Source of the DNA: an uncultured bacterium
GTDB lineage: Bacteria; Patescibacteriota; Minisyncoccia; Phycocordibacterales; PALSA-1337
NCBI GenBank assembly: GCA_963701025.1
Contig: OY969557.1
Span: 442,042-506,041 of the forward strand
Direction: 5' to 3'
Length of the DNA: 64,000 bases
Position 1 is the first letter of the stretch. Each line of letters opens with the position of its first letter. Shown in pieces: positions 9,642 through 21,098 of this stretch. The notes beneath the pieces were generated by a model. The model was given only the letters and a program-made list of their open reading frames with translations. It made no database searches and was not told where the DNA came from. Both the position numbers and the translations under genes were made by a program.

Positions 9642-10087
9642 ATCATTTTCATCAACATGCGCCCTTCCAAGATTCTACTACTAACAACTCTATCAACGCG
9701 ACCATACCCCTTGTTTGACCCTCCATACGTAGGGGTAAGAGAATCGCAATTTGGACACAATAACCTGAGATTATTTTCAATGTTATTACGCCAATTGCCA
9801 TCTATATGATCGGCCACAAGGGGAACTATACCAGTTTTTATGTTCATAATCGACCACCCACATAAGACACATCTATTATCAAACTTCTCACGTAAATATT
9901 TCTTAACATGTACCGAGACAGTGCCGATGCTACTTAAACCGCTGACTTCACCCGATTTCCATCTCTTAATGTATTCTCTGCGCTGGAATTCCTGTTGACA
10001 GGTATTGCTGCAGTATTTGTACGCAGCTTTAGCGGGTTCTCCGCCACAGACGAGACATTTCATTCTTATTTTCTTAGGCATTGGCAT
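9632..10087 (-). CDS. free-standing HNH endonuclease (151 aa)
   Basis: CxxC...CxxC zinc-knuckle pairs plus a [25 protein letters not shown] core. Sits between the two tRNA-Thr genes and overlaps the 5' end of tRNA-Thr(CGU) by about 10 nt. Confidence 0.75.
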   Translation of the reverse strand: MPMPKKIRMKCLVCGGEPAKAAYKYCSNTCQQEFQRREYIKRWKSGEVSGLSSIGTVSVHVKKYLREKFDNRCVLCGWSIMNIKTGIVPLVADHIDGNWRNNIENNLRLLCPNCDSLTPTYGGSNKGYGRVDRVVSSRILEGRMLMKMMPK

Positions 10088-10139
10088 AATGCCGAGTATA
10101 TCTAATCTATGAAACCCCGTCAAAAAATAATTTCTATTG

Positions 10140-10405
10140 TGGAGCCGTTGATCGGGATTGAACCGATGACCTCGCCATTCGTTTACACCTCTCCTTACGG
10201 GAGGACTAGACTGTATCTTTCTCCGCCTATCGTGGAGACCCTTGTCAGTCGTTCGGGCGCTATGCATAGCAAGCGCCACGGTCTTATCCATCGATAATAC
10301 GTCGGACTTTAACCGTTATTCGGGATTCACATATATGTTACCAAGTATGTGGGCAGGGTCTTACGACCTACCAATGGCGTGCTCTACCAACTGAGCTACA
10401 ACGGC
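10140..10405 (-). tRNA. tRNA-Thr(GGU) interrupted in the anticodon loop (after U36) by a 190 nt intron
   Basis: Exon 1 (10370-10405) is GCCGTTGTAGCTCAGTTGGTAGAGCACGCCATTGGT. Exon 2 (10140-10179) is AATGGCGAGGTCATCGGTTCAATCCCGATCAACGGCTCCA. Together they give a canonical 76 nt tRNA. Confidence 0.7.
10180..10369 (-). ncRNA. candidate group I intron (no ORF) in tRNA-Thr(GGU)
   Basis: The 5' exon ends in U and the insert ends in G (omega-G). There are GNRA hairpins (GGUC-GUAA-GACC; CUCC-CGUAA-GGAG). The stretch AAGAUACAGUCUAGUCC resembles the group I S element/P7 (UAGUC) with a partner GACUG. Confidence 0.5.
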
Positions 10406-10470
10406 ATGATCTGGTTTAACTACCAAAACAGCTACAACGGCATTTTACTTTAAAAATAAAAGAACTTCTG

Positions 10471-10544
10471 CGCGCCCGATGGGACTCGAACCCACGACCT
10501 CTCCCGTGACAGGGGAGCGTTCTAGCCAGCTGAACTACGGGCGC
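10471..10544 (-). tRNA. tRNA-Asp(GUC)
   Basis: GCGCCCGTAGTTCAGCTGG...CCTGTCACGG...GGTTCGAGTCC, G73 discriminator. Confidence 0.9.
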
Positions 10545-10610
10545 ATATGCGTGCGACTCCAGCGCACGGACAGCCAGTAATGTAGCAGAAACGGGACGAA
10601 AAACAAAGGG

Positions 10611-10684
10611 TGCCGAGGGTGGGACTCGAACCCACAACCTGTCGCTTATGAAACGACTGCTCCAACCGATTGAGCTACCTCGGC
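10611..10684 (-). tRNA. tRNA-Met(CAU) (elongator, or Ile2 if lysidinylated)
   Basis: GCCGAGGTAGCTCAATCGG...anticodon loop TTCATAA...GGTTCGAGTCCCACCCTCGGCA. Confidence 0.8.
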
Positions 10685-10791
10685 AACATTGGATACAATA
10701 AAGGAAAAACGGCCGATGCGCAATCATCATTTGCAATCAGCCTGACAAAGTGGCATACTAGGCCAATCGTTTCGTCGCTGTTTCGTCCCAT

Positions 10792-10863
10792 CGCGGGGTA
10801 GAGCAACGGTAGCTCGTCAGGCTCATAACCTGAAGATTGCCGGTTCGATTCCGGCCCCCGCAA
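10792..10863 (+). tRNA. initiator tRNA-fMet(CAU)
   Basis: Near-identical to E. coli tRNA-fMet (CGCGGGG...CTCATAA...CCGGCCCCCGCAA) with the C1:A72 mismatch. The anticodon stem has A:U at 29:41. Confidence 0.85.
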
Positions 10864-10879
10864 CAAGTTGTAACCACCC

Positions 10880-11539
10880 TTACTTTATATAGTAAAACTC
10901 CTCGAAGACTTTCCGGTACAGATTGACGACTCTGTTGGCTTCGTGCTGTGTCAATGGATATGCCGACCCGTCATGGGCGATGCGATTGCGGACGCCGTGC
11001 GCCTCGCCTGCCTCATCCAGAGTCTTCATGTCGCCGGGAACGACGCGCTTGAGCTTCTCGCCGATGCCTTCGCCCTGATAGCCGAGACTGGTCAGGACGT
11101 CGTCGAGCATGATATCCGCCTCGAGGATGGCCTGGCGCCAATCGTTCGGATTGGTGGAAGAGATGTGGGTCTGAACGGTCTCCCAGCGATGGGAGAGAGC
11201 GTTATTGTCCGGCGCGACCGCTTCGAAAGCCGGCTCGACTTTGACGTCGAACATCTCGGCTTCCTTCCTGCGGATATGCTTCAGCCGTTCGACGCAATAT
11301 ATGATGCCGATCAGGAAGAAGAGCGACAGAGGCAACGAGAGGCCGACGAGAAGGCCGACGAATGAGCTGAGAGCGTGGAGGGCGGAGGACTGGTCTATGT
11401 GCAGGAACGATATGAGCGGAGCGAAAGCGACCGACAGGAATTCAAGGATGCCCTGCCATAAGAATATGACGACGGCAAGGACGATGAAGAGGACGACCTC
11501 TATCTCCAGCTCTACGGTTTTTTTCTTGTCGTCATCCAT
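10880..11539 (-). CDS. membrane-anchored protein with C-terminal HEPN/DUF4145-like Rx4H motif
   Basis: Two N-terminal TM helices. C-terminal GVRNRIAHDG...LTQHEANRVVNLY. Confidence 0.4.
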   Translation of the reverse strand: MDDDKKKTVELEIEVVLFIVLAVVIFLWQGILEFLSVAFAPLISFLHIDQSSALHALSSFVGLLVGLSLPLSLFFLIGIIYCVERLKHIRRKEAEMFDVKVEPAFEAVAPDNNALSHRWETVQTHISSTNPNDWRQAILEADIMLDDVLTSLGYQGEGIGEKLKRVVPGDMKTLDEAGEAHGVRNRIAHDGSAYPLTQHEANRVVNLYRKVFEEFYYIK

Positions 11540-11543
11540 GGCA

Positions 11544-13043
11544 TTATTCTATCTCGCCGAGGAAATCTTTGCCCGCCTCGAAAAGGGTTTTCTCATCCCC
11601 GTGCCTGGCCGTCAGCTGGAGTCCCATTGGCAGAGGCGGGTTTTTTCCTTCCTGCTTCCTGCTTCCTGCTTCCTGTCCCATCGGCACTGATATCGCCGGC
11701 ATGCCAGTCAGGTTGGCGGTCACGGTGAATATGTCCTCGAGATACATGGCCATAGGATCGCTCGCTTTCTCGCCGATCTTGAAAGCCGGAGAAGGCGCCG
11801 TCGGCGTGAGGATGAGGTCGGCTCCTCCGCCAGCCGGATCGAACGCTTCTATGAAATCATCCGTGATCATCCGGCGCACTGCATTGGCCCGGTTGTAATA
11901 TGCGTCGTAATATCCGGACGAGAGGACGTAGGTTCCGAGAAGGATGCGCCTGATGACTTCCCTGCCGAAGCCCGCCCTCCGGCTCTTGAAATAATCGTCT
12001 ATGCCGTCTTTGCCGTCCACGTGCAGGCCGTATCTCATGCCGTCGTAGCGGGCCATGTTGGAGGAGACTTCGGCGAAGTTAAGGATATAGTAGACCGGCA
12101 GGGCGTATCCGTTGGCCGGCAATTCTATGTCTTTGATCTCATAGCCGAGGCTTTTGAATCTTTCTTCGGCCGCTTCAAAAGATTCTTTTACGCGTGCGTC
12201 TATGCCGCCCATAGCCAAAAAAGCTCGCGGGATCCCAATGATTGGTTTTTTTTCTCCTTTCTCCTTTCTACTTTCTACTTTCTCTTTTATAGTCGTGCCG
12301 TCGTGGGCGTCTTTGCCTCGGATAGCATTGAAAATTATCTCGGCGTCTCCCACTGTCTTGGCTATCGGACCGATCTGATCAAAAGAGGAAACCGCGGCCA
12401 TAAGCCCGTACCGGGAAACGGCTCCGTACGTCGGTTTCAATCCGACGACTCCGCAGAAGCTCGACGGCTGTCTGATAGAACCGCCCGTGTCCGATCCGAG
12501 AGCGGCCAAAGCCATGCCCGAAGCGACTGCCGCAGCCGAGCCGCCGGAAGTGCCTCCGGGCACCCGTGAAAGATCATGCGGATTCTTGGTCGGCCCGTAG
12601 GCGGAATTTTCCGTGGAGCCGCCCATGGCGAATTCGTCCATGTTGGTCCGGCCGAGGAACACCGCTCCTTCCCTGCCGAGTTTGGCGATGACGGTGGCAT
12701 TGTATGTCGCTTGGTATTTCTCCAGGATCTTGGAAGCCGAGCTCGCGATCTTGCCCTGTATCAGGATATTATCCTTGATAGCCAATGGGATGCCGCACAA
12801 TGCCGGTATCGGCTGGTTATTTTTCTTGCACTTGGCGATCATGGCGTCGGCTTTTTTCGCGGCTTCGATCGCGTCATCGAAGACTTCCAGGTAGGCGTGG
12901 ATGTCTTTATTTTTTGCGGCAATTTGGTCCAGATACGCTTGCGTCAATTCGACCGCCGTAAAGTCGTCATCGACAAGATGTTCGTGGGCTTTTTTGATGG
13001 TGAAGGTGGTGATGTCTATCTTCATGGTATTCGAAAGTGTCAA
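11544..13043 (-). CDS. gatA: Asp/Glu-tRNA amidotransferase subunit A (two in-frame GA-rich inserts)
   Basis: Amidase signature GGSSGGSAAAVA. Full-length 499 aa. Confidence 0.95.
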   Translation of the reverse strand: MTLSNTMKIDITTFTIKKAHEHLVDDDFTAVELTQAYLDQIAAKNKDIHAYLEVFDDAIEAAKKADAMIAKCKKNNQPIPALCGIPLAIKDNILIQGKIASSASKILEKYQATYNATVIAKLGREGAVFLGRTNMDEFAMGGSTENSAYGPTKNPHDLSRVPGGTSGGSAAAVASGMALAALGSDTGGSIRQPSSFCGVVGLKPTYGAVSRYGLMAAVSSFDQIGPIAKTVGDAEIIFNAIRGKDAHDGTTIKEKVESRKEKGEKKPIIGIPRAFLAMGGIDARVKESFEAAEERFKSLGYEIKDIELPANGYALPVYYILNFAEVSSNMARYDGMRYGLHVDGKDGIDDYFKSRRAGFGREVIRRILLGTYVLSSGYYDAYYNRANAVRRMITDDFIEAFDPAGGGADLILTPTAPSPAFKIGEKASDPMAMYLEDIFTVTANLTGMPAISVPMGQEAGSRKQEGKNPPLPMGLQLTARHGDEKTLFEAGKDFLGEIE

Positions 13044-13085
13044 CTTTTTTGACGGTTTTCAATAGTAGTCCTAGCAGTCCATCTC

Positions 13086-13379
13086 TCACTCTTGCGCGAT
13101 GATCTTCTTGACGGCGATAAAATCGCCCTCCCTGTCAGGCGCTTCGTCCAATAACCGCTCTCGGTCTTCAGCCGAAATCGACTCGACCTTGTCTTCACGA
13201 AAAACGTTCTTGACTGCTCCGACTCGGCCTTCGGCGTCCATTTTTACATCGGCTTTTTTGAGCTGGTCTATATAGCCTAGAATGGAGTCGAACTCCTTGA
13301 TCAGCGATATCTTGTCATCGACGGAAAGCTCGACGCGCGCCAATGTCGCCAGATTATCGAGTTCTTTCGGAGTGATCAT
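13086..13379 (-). CDS. gatC: Asp/Glu-tRNA amidotransferase subunit C
   Basis: 97 aa GatC-like, immediately upstream of gatA. Confidence 0.85.
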   Translation of the reverse strand: MITPKELDNLATLARVELSVDDKISLIKEFDSILGYIDQLKKADVKMDAEGRVGAVKNVFREDKVESISAEDRERLLDEAPDREGDFIAVKKIIAQE

Positions 13380-13410
13380 GATGCGATTTTAACACTAAAA
13401 AAGGGGTGTC

Positions 13411-15537
<2,127 letters not shown>

Positions 15538-15581
15538 CTAAGTATAGGGTATGAGGGGTGAAGTATAAAGATGTCGAGATC

Positions 15582-16121
15582 CTAGAGATAATCAAGACGG
15601 AGTGCGCGTTCCACGGTACGAGGGCTTGTGGAGTTCGGGGTATACGATCCGGCTGAACCGACGCAGAGATTGTAGCCGCGGGAGACAACGATGGCGTGCC
15701 AGCCTCCGCCTGTCTCTTGGTAGGTATCTATCTTTATCACCGCGCAACCAGTGAGCGAATTAGAATAACCCTGTGGATAAAAGCCTATGCTGAAGTTTGC
15801 TTCCGATATCGGTGCGCCGCTTGCCTGGTCGGGGAATGGCGTCGAGATGGGAGGATTGGGATTTCCATATGAGATCGACGGAATCTGGGTATTGCAATTG
15901 ATCGCGGTCGGAGCGGTAGACGAAGGGACCCCGCTTGCCGCCACGCATTCGATGCCGGAGTCAGCTGCATAAAAGGCATACATCGAATCCAATGCCGTGG
16001 ATGAGAGGATGTATTGCTTGCGCGCTATGCCCGAGATGAAAACCGCCACGCCGAGGATGAGCACGGAGACCAGTACGGCGAAGAGAAGGGTGTAACCTGA
16101 TTTTTTTCCTGGTATAGACAT
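15582..16121 (-). CDS. putative minor pilin/pseudopilin (N-terminal TM, no Glu5)
   Basis: KKSGYTLLFAVLV hydrophobic N-terminus within the pilin gene cluster. Confidence 0.45.
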   Translation of the reverse strand: MSIPGKKSGYTLLFAVLVSVLILGVAVFISGIARKQYILSSTALDSMYAFYAADSGIECVAASGVPSSTAPTAINCNTQIPSISYGNPNPPISTPFPDQASGAPISEANFSIGFYPQGYSNSLTGCAVIKIDTYQETGGGWHAIVVSRGYNLCVGSAGSYTPNSTSPRTVERALRLDYL

Positions 16122-16122
16122 G

Positions 16123-16692
16123 TTATGGAGCGACGTTAAGGAGCTCGCTCGACAAGGTCACGGCATTTTGGACCGTGCCTTCGTACCAGGACACGACGAC
16201 GGTGGCTTGACATTCGGATCCGCCGACACTGCAACTATTCGTGGTTGGAGAGGTCAGAGAGAAGCTCCGTGAGAATATCGTCTTGACCCCATTGGAGATA
16301 TGATCGTATCCGTTAGACCCGCTGTACAAGGGGCACCCTCCGTTATTGCATGAATAATCGAAGCTCGGCTGCAATGACGGCCCCGATGTATTGATGCTCA
16401 CGTCGCAGTGGGCATTAGCTGGTGAAGACACGATGCAATCTGAAAGACCCCCGGATGAACCGAGCCAGTTCGGCGTACCACCGTTATTATCTTTGAGATT
16501 CTTGATGATCTCCATCTCTTCCTGGGCCAGAAATGAAGCAGTAGACTGATCTTTGGCATAGAGAGAAGCAGTCAGGGCTTTGTTGGCTACGGCAAGCGGC
16601 CCGGAGACAGAGATCATGAGGATAGCGATGGCCACCAAGGTCTCTACCAAGGTAAATGCTCTGAAATCTTTGATGGAAAATCGTGTGTGCAT
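16123..16692 (-). CDS. prepilin-type N-terminal cleavage/methylation domain protein (minor pilin)
   Basis: RAFTLVETLVAIAIL prepilin N-terminus. Confidence 0.7.
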   Translation of the reverse strand: MHTRFSIKDFRAFTLVETLVAIAILMISVSGPLAVANKALTASLYAKDQSTASFLAQEEMEIIKNLKDNNGGTPNWLGSSGGLSDCIVSSPANAHCDVSINTSGPSLQPSFDYSCNNGGCPLYSGSNGYDHISNGVKTIFSRSFSLTSPTTNSCSVGGSECQATVVVSWYEGTVQNAVTLSSELLNVAP

Positions 16693-16696
16693 ATTA

Positions 16697-17308
16697 TTAT
16701 TGTACGCTACGCGACGATACGGCCGTCTCTATGTCGACATATGTCTTGTCTTGGGCGCGCTGTCCGGCGTAGCCGGTGAGTCGTATGAAAGCGAGCGGGT
16801 AGCTCGAGGGAACGGGATAGAACAGGCCAAGCTCGTACCCGGTAATACTCATGTCTGATGCAGATATCAAATCCGTGAGACTATAACCAGAACTATCACA
16901 CGACGTTTGTTCTGCTTTTTGAAGGTGTATGACGCCTCCGGTATCCGTAAAGAAGCCATAGGCATTGATAAGATTGTGGTCACACGAAGTATTATTAGGA
17001 TCGACGCGGGTAGAATTGAAAGCGATGAACCGGCCCTGTCCTATAGCGCAAGCAGAAGGAGTGAGACCAAGAGATCCGGGCATCTGACCGGGAATCGAAG
17101 TTGAGCACTCGATATCCGTCCCGGTTCGGATATCACGCGACATGGACTCGAGGGCGAAGTTAAGGTTCGTGACAGATGACTGGATGCTCTGGGCTTTCTT
17201 ATTGGCGTCAATGACTTTGAGGAGAGCGCCGATGGCGATGACCGCCACGACGGAAAAGATGGCGAGTGAGACGATCATTTCGACGAGAGTAAAGCCGCGA
17301 GTGTTCAT
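16697..17308 (-). CDS. type IV pilin-like protein
   Basis: MNTRGFTLVEMIVSLAIF. Confidence 0.8.
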   Translation of the reverse strand: MNTRGFTLVEMIVSLAIFSVVAVIAIGALLKVIDANKKAQSIQSSVTNLNFALESMSRDIRTGTDIECSTSIPGQMPGSLGLTPSACAIGQGRFIAFNSTRVDPNNTSCDHNLINAYGFFTDTGGVIHLQKAEQTSCDSSGYSLTDLISASDMSITGYELGLFYPVPSSYPLAFIRLTGYAGQRAQDKTYVDIETAVSSRSVQ

Positions 17309-17323
17309 TGAATGTATTATATC

Positions 17324-17950
17324 TTACTCCTGAACCGACACTTGGCCGGTATTTCTGATGATGACCTGGCGGGTACTGCCATCAGTGCCTTTGATGGTGA
17401 TCTGGGCGTAGGCATATGGACATGGAGTCCCTATGCCATTGATGCAAATGACTGCGTCCGGATTGGGGCGCTTGAAAGTTATGTCGACAACGTTCGGAGA
17501 TGCTTTGAGAGTCCCCGTATTGCAATCGGATCCATCCGAGACGCACATCGCGCTTATGATCGCCCCGCGAGTGATCGTATATGCGCTCACCAAGGAGTCT
17601 TTTCCCGCCCCGCTTTCATAAGCCCCATCGGGGCTACCGCTCCATGGCAGCGTTGCCGGTCCATAAGTATCGGCGAACAAAGTCAGTATATTTGCAGGAG
17701 CCGCGGTCGAGAAGTCGACACCGTAGGCATAATTGAAAGGCGTCGTTCCGACATTGGAGCTCTGCACGCTCAAGCCGTAGGTCTGGGCCGTGCGGATGGT
17801 GATAGCCGTATCGTAGGCCAGGTCGGTGAGGAGAACGCTCTGGTTGAACGTGCCGTATTTGGCAACGAGGAGCGAAGTCATCATGGCGAAGATGGCGACG
17901 CAGACGACCAGTTCGATGAGGGTAAAACCGCGCGTGTTCATCGCTATCAT
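17324..17950 (-). CDS. type IV pilin-like protein
   Basis: MNTRGFTLIELVVCVAIF. Confidence 0.8.
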   Translation of the reverse strand: MIAMNTRGFTLIELVVCVAIFAMMTSLLVAKYGTFNQSVLLTDLAYDTAITIRTAQTYGLSVQSSNVGTTPFNYAYGVDFSTAAPANILTLFADTYGPATLPWSGSPDGAYESGAGKDSLVSAYTITRGAIISAMCVSDGSDCNTGTLKASPNVVDITFKRPNPDAVICINGIGTPCPYAYAQITIKGTDGSTRQVIIRNTGQVSVQE

Positions 17951-17954
17951 TATA

Positions 17955-18758
17955 CTACATATATGAAAGGATAAGGTCCTTCAAGAGGTGCGTATCGATG
18001 ACCTGTATATGGAATAAGAGTACGATATAGAAACCGAGGATGAGGTACGGGCCGAACGGCACTTCCGTCTTTGGCTTGAATCTTTTATACGTCACGAGGA
18101 GCCAGACGACGGAGACGACCGCAGCTATCCAGAAGGCGAGGACGATGGCGTTCACGCCGGAACCAAGGCCGAGCATCCAGCCGAGGCCGAGAACTAGTTT
18201 GGCATCGCCGAGGCCCATCCATGTCCCCTTCGAGATAGCCCACAGAAGGGCGAACGGCAGAGCCAGGATGGGACCGGCGAGGATGGCAGAAAGACCCGGC
18301 ACATGCCACCACGATGAGCCGCCGATGAATATGCTGATAAGTGCGATGGCATCAAAAGCGTAGACGAGGACGTCGGGGATGATCTTGTGCTTGATGTCAT
18401 AGACGGAAATGACCAGGAGCAGGCAGGCGGCGATGGTCTGGATGAGGGTGACGAAAGCGGTCAAAGAGCTGAAGGGTGGAAAGGTCAAAAATATGAGAAC
18501 AAAGATCGCGCCGGCGATGAATTCGACCAGCGGATATTGCCAGGATATCTTGCTTTTGCACTTCTTGCATCCGCCTTTCTGGACAACGAAGCTGAATATG
18601 GGCACGAGCTCTTTCCAGGTCAGAGTCTTTCCGCAGGACATGCACATCGATCGCCCGTTGAGGCCGACGCCGGTGTTCCAGCGCAGGGCGACGACATTGA
18701 GGAAGCTGCCGACGATGGCGCCGAATATGAAGGAGAAGACGAGCGAGAGAGGGTCCAT
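17955..18758 (-). CDS. pilD: prepilin peptidase (A24 family) with N-terminal Zn-binding CxxC pairs
   Basis: GSFLNVV..R, CMSCGKT..CKKCKS, polytopic membrane protein with catalytic Asp regions. Confidence 0.85.
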   Translation of the reverse strand: MDPLSLVFSFIFGAIVGSFLNVVALRWNTGVGLNGRSMCMSCGKTLTWKELVPIFSFVVQKGGCKKCKSKISWQYPLVEFIAGAIFVLIFLTFPPFSSLTAFVTLIQTIAACLLLVISVYDIKHKIIPDVLVYAFDAIALISIFIGGSSWWHVPGLSAILAGPILALPFALLWAISKGTWMGLGDAKLVLGLGWMLGLGSGVNAIVLAFWIAAVVSVVWLLVTYKRFKPKTEVPFGPYLILGFYIVLLFHIQVIDTHLLKDLILSYM

Positions 18759-18771
18759 GAAGGCCGAAGTC

Positions 18772-19299
<528 letters not shown>

Positions 19300-19492
19300 G
19301 CCTGAATTATAGCAGACAGGGGCGCGCGAGCGCCATATGCTGATCTTTGCCATATTTTGCCACATTCCGAACATTTCAAGGTCAAATCTTCATCGTTTCT
19401 TGAGCGGAATTTCATCAGTTCTTTATCGTCTCTGAGACAGGAGGTAAAGGCCAAAAAGAAGTTGGCGGGGTCAGTAAAGTAAGCCTGCTCAA

Positions 19493-19545
19493 TATCCCCC
19501 ATACGCAACCCCGCCCGACCGGTCGAGGTGAGCGGGGGATATTAC
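19493..19545 (-). repeat. GC-rich hairpin repeat family (copy 1)
   Basis: CCCCACGCAAACCCGCCC..GGGCGGG-like hairpin. Minus-strand reading is hairpin + TTGCGTATGGGGG. Copies also at 19891-19926, 20417-20439 (half copy) and 20971-21006. Confidence 0.6.
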
Positions 19546-19667
19546 AAGTAAAACAATTCGTGTATAGTTTCTTAAGGAATACAGGAGGACACCGAACGGA
19601 CTATCGATATTCATCATAATGGAACCCGGAGTAGATTTCTTCCGGCGCGAAGAGCCGAAGATCTCAT

Positions 19668-19820
19668 TCAAGCTTCTTCCGTTTCTTCCTTAACATTGCG
19701 CAAAAGCCTCTCAAAGGTATTGCCCTGGGTAAAAATGTTGAATGCTTCATTGGCGGCCACGTAATAACCGACTTCGCCTTTGAAGACTAGGAAAGTGACG
19801 ATTTTATTGCTTATTTTCAT
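19668..19820 (-). CDS. HicB-like antitoxin fragment (50 aa), orphan
   Basis: MKISNKIVTFLVFKGEVGYYVAANEAFNIFTQGNTFERLLRNVKEETEEA resembles the HicB/UPF0150 N-terminal domain. No hicA partner. Confidence 0.35.
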   Translation of the reverse strand: MKISNKIVTFLVFKGEVGYYVAANEAFNIFTQGNTFERLLRNVKEETEEA

Positions 19821-19890
19821 GGCTCCAATATAGCACAGAGTCGGACTTTCGGCACGCGTTTTGCGAGTACCGATTCATATTTGGTAATGT

Positions 19891-19926
19891 CCCTACGCAA
19901 ACCCGCCCACCGGAGGGGCGGGCGGG
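19891..19926 (-). repeat. GC-rich hairpin repeat (copy 2)
   Basis: ccctacgcaaacccgcccaccggaggggcgggcggg. Confidence 0.6.
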
Positions 19927-20014
19927 AATCTTAGGCGTTTTTTTATCGAAACTTCATCGTTTCTTGAGTGCTTTTTGAGCGTTTCTTTATCTCGGCCATA
20001 TAAGATGTGGGTGT

Positions 20015-20236
20015 ATGAAGAAATTCATCAAAAGATTCTCAAAATGGATGCTGATTGCCGAACGATTAGACGACAGCGAGCATGTGCCGCCGCTTTTCAA
20101 GGAAAGCGATATTTGGTGGTGCCATTTAGGCGATAATATAGGCACTGAAATAAGCGGCAAGGGAGATATGTTCGACCGACAGTCTTCCTGGCCCAAGTTA
20201 AGTATATGGATTATAGAAGGATGGACAATCTCATGA
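20015..20236 (+). pseudogene. truncated MazF/PemK-like toxin fragment
   Basis: ESDIWWCHLGDNIGTEISGKGDMFDRQSSWP resembles the MazF N-terminus (RGDIWxVDLDPTxGSEQxGxRP). Stops after 73 aa. Confidence 0.3.
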
Positions 20237-20970
20237 CATCAATCAGTGATGCGGAAATGACGATGGTGCGTGAAAATTTCATAAGGCTTTTCTCCATAAA
20301 CATTCCTCGCCCGCCTTCCGGAGAAGAACGGGCGGACGTGGGGAATCCCCAAAACATATAGGCATTGTGATCCAAGCAATAGTTTTTTGTCAACTATCTG
20401 TCTCAAACCATTTTCTCCCCACGCAAACCCGCCCACCGGATTGGTTGCACCATCAACATGACTGTGGTATTACATGAGGCATAAAATTCCTATCGAGACT
20501 TAGCATAAACTTAAAGACGTGACATTCATTTTCGCTTCTTTATTCGACCTGATAATGTAACTTGTTGTAAAAGGGATTGCGGTAGATAATCTATTTCAAA
20601 CCGGAATTAATTAACTCATTGGATTGGATCAAAAAGGTCTAATGCTATGCCTGAAAGCAGACGTTACGTCACCGATAGTATTTATCAACACGATAGGTGT
20701 GCTTGGCATGAAAGAGACGAAAAAGGAAGTAAGGATGGTCTAAATTTATTGCTTTCTTCATGGGCAATATGAATCACCTGCTTATGTATATATGTTACCC
20801 TAGCCCTCATATATTATTACCAGACATATGTGTTTCAAATATCTTTGCTCGTTGATCTTCTCCTGTTCATTTCAATCGAGATCGTCTGCTTTGCTTGTAG
20901 CGTATAGCCAAGAGAGAGAATACAAGAAGGGAATCGCAAAAGTAGAAAAGAAACCGGTCTAAAGATATAT

Positions 20971-21006
20971 CCCCACACAAACCCGCCCACCGGAGAGGCG
21001 GGCGGG
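20971..21006 (-). repeat. GC-rich hairpin repeat (copy 4); likely terminator of pilin gene 21099-21548
   Basis: ccccacacaaacccgcccaccggagaggcgggcggg. On the minus strand this is hairpin + TTTGTGTGGGG. Confidence 0.6.
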
Positions 21007-21098
21007 TAGAGAACAAGGCTACTTGCTACTATACTAGTAAACTCCATTGTTCGCGGGACAAGTAGCACTGGCGCGAGTGAAAGTACCATTAGTTCCGG

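Noticed and set aside
19300-21098. Silent pilin cassettes (pilS-like antigenic variation) between the two pilA genes
   Set aside because: The spacer has no pilin-like coding similarity. It contains TA fragments and hairpin repeats instead.
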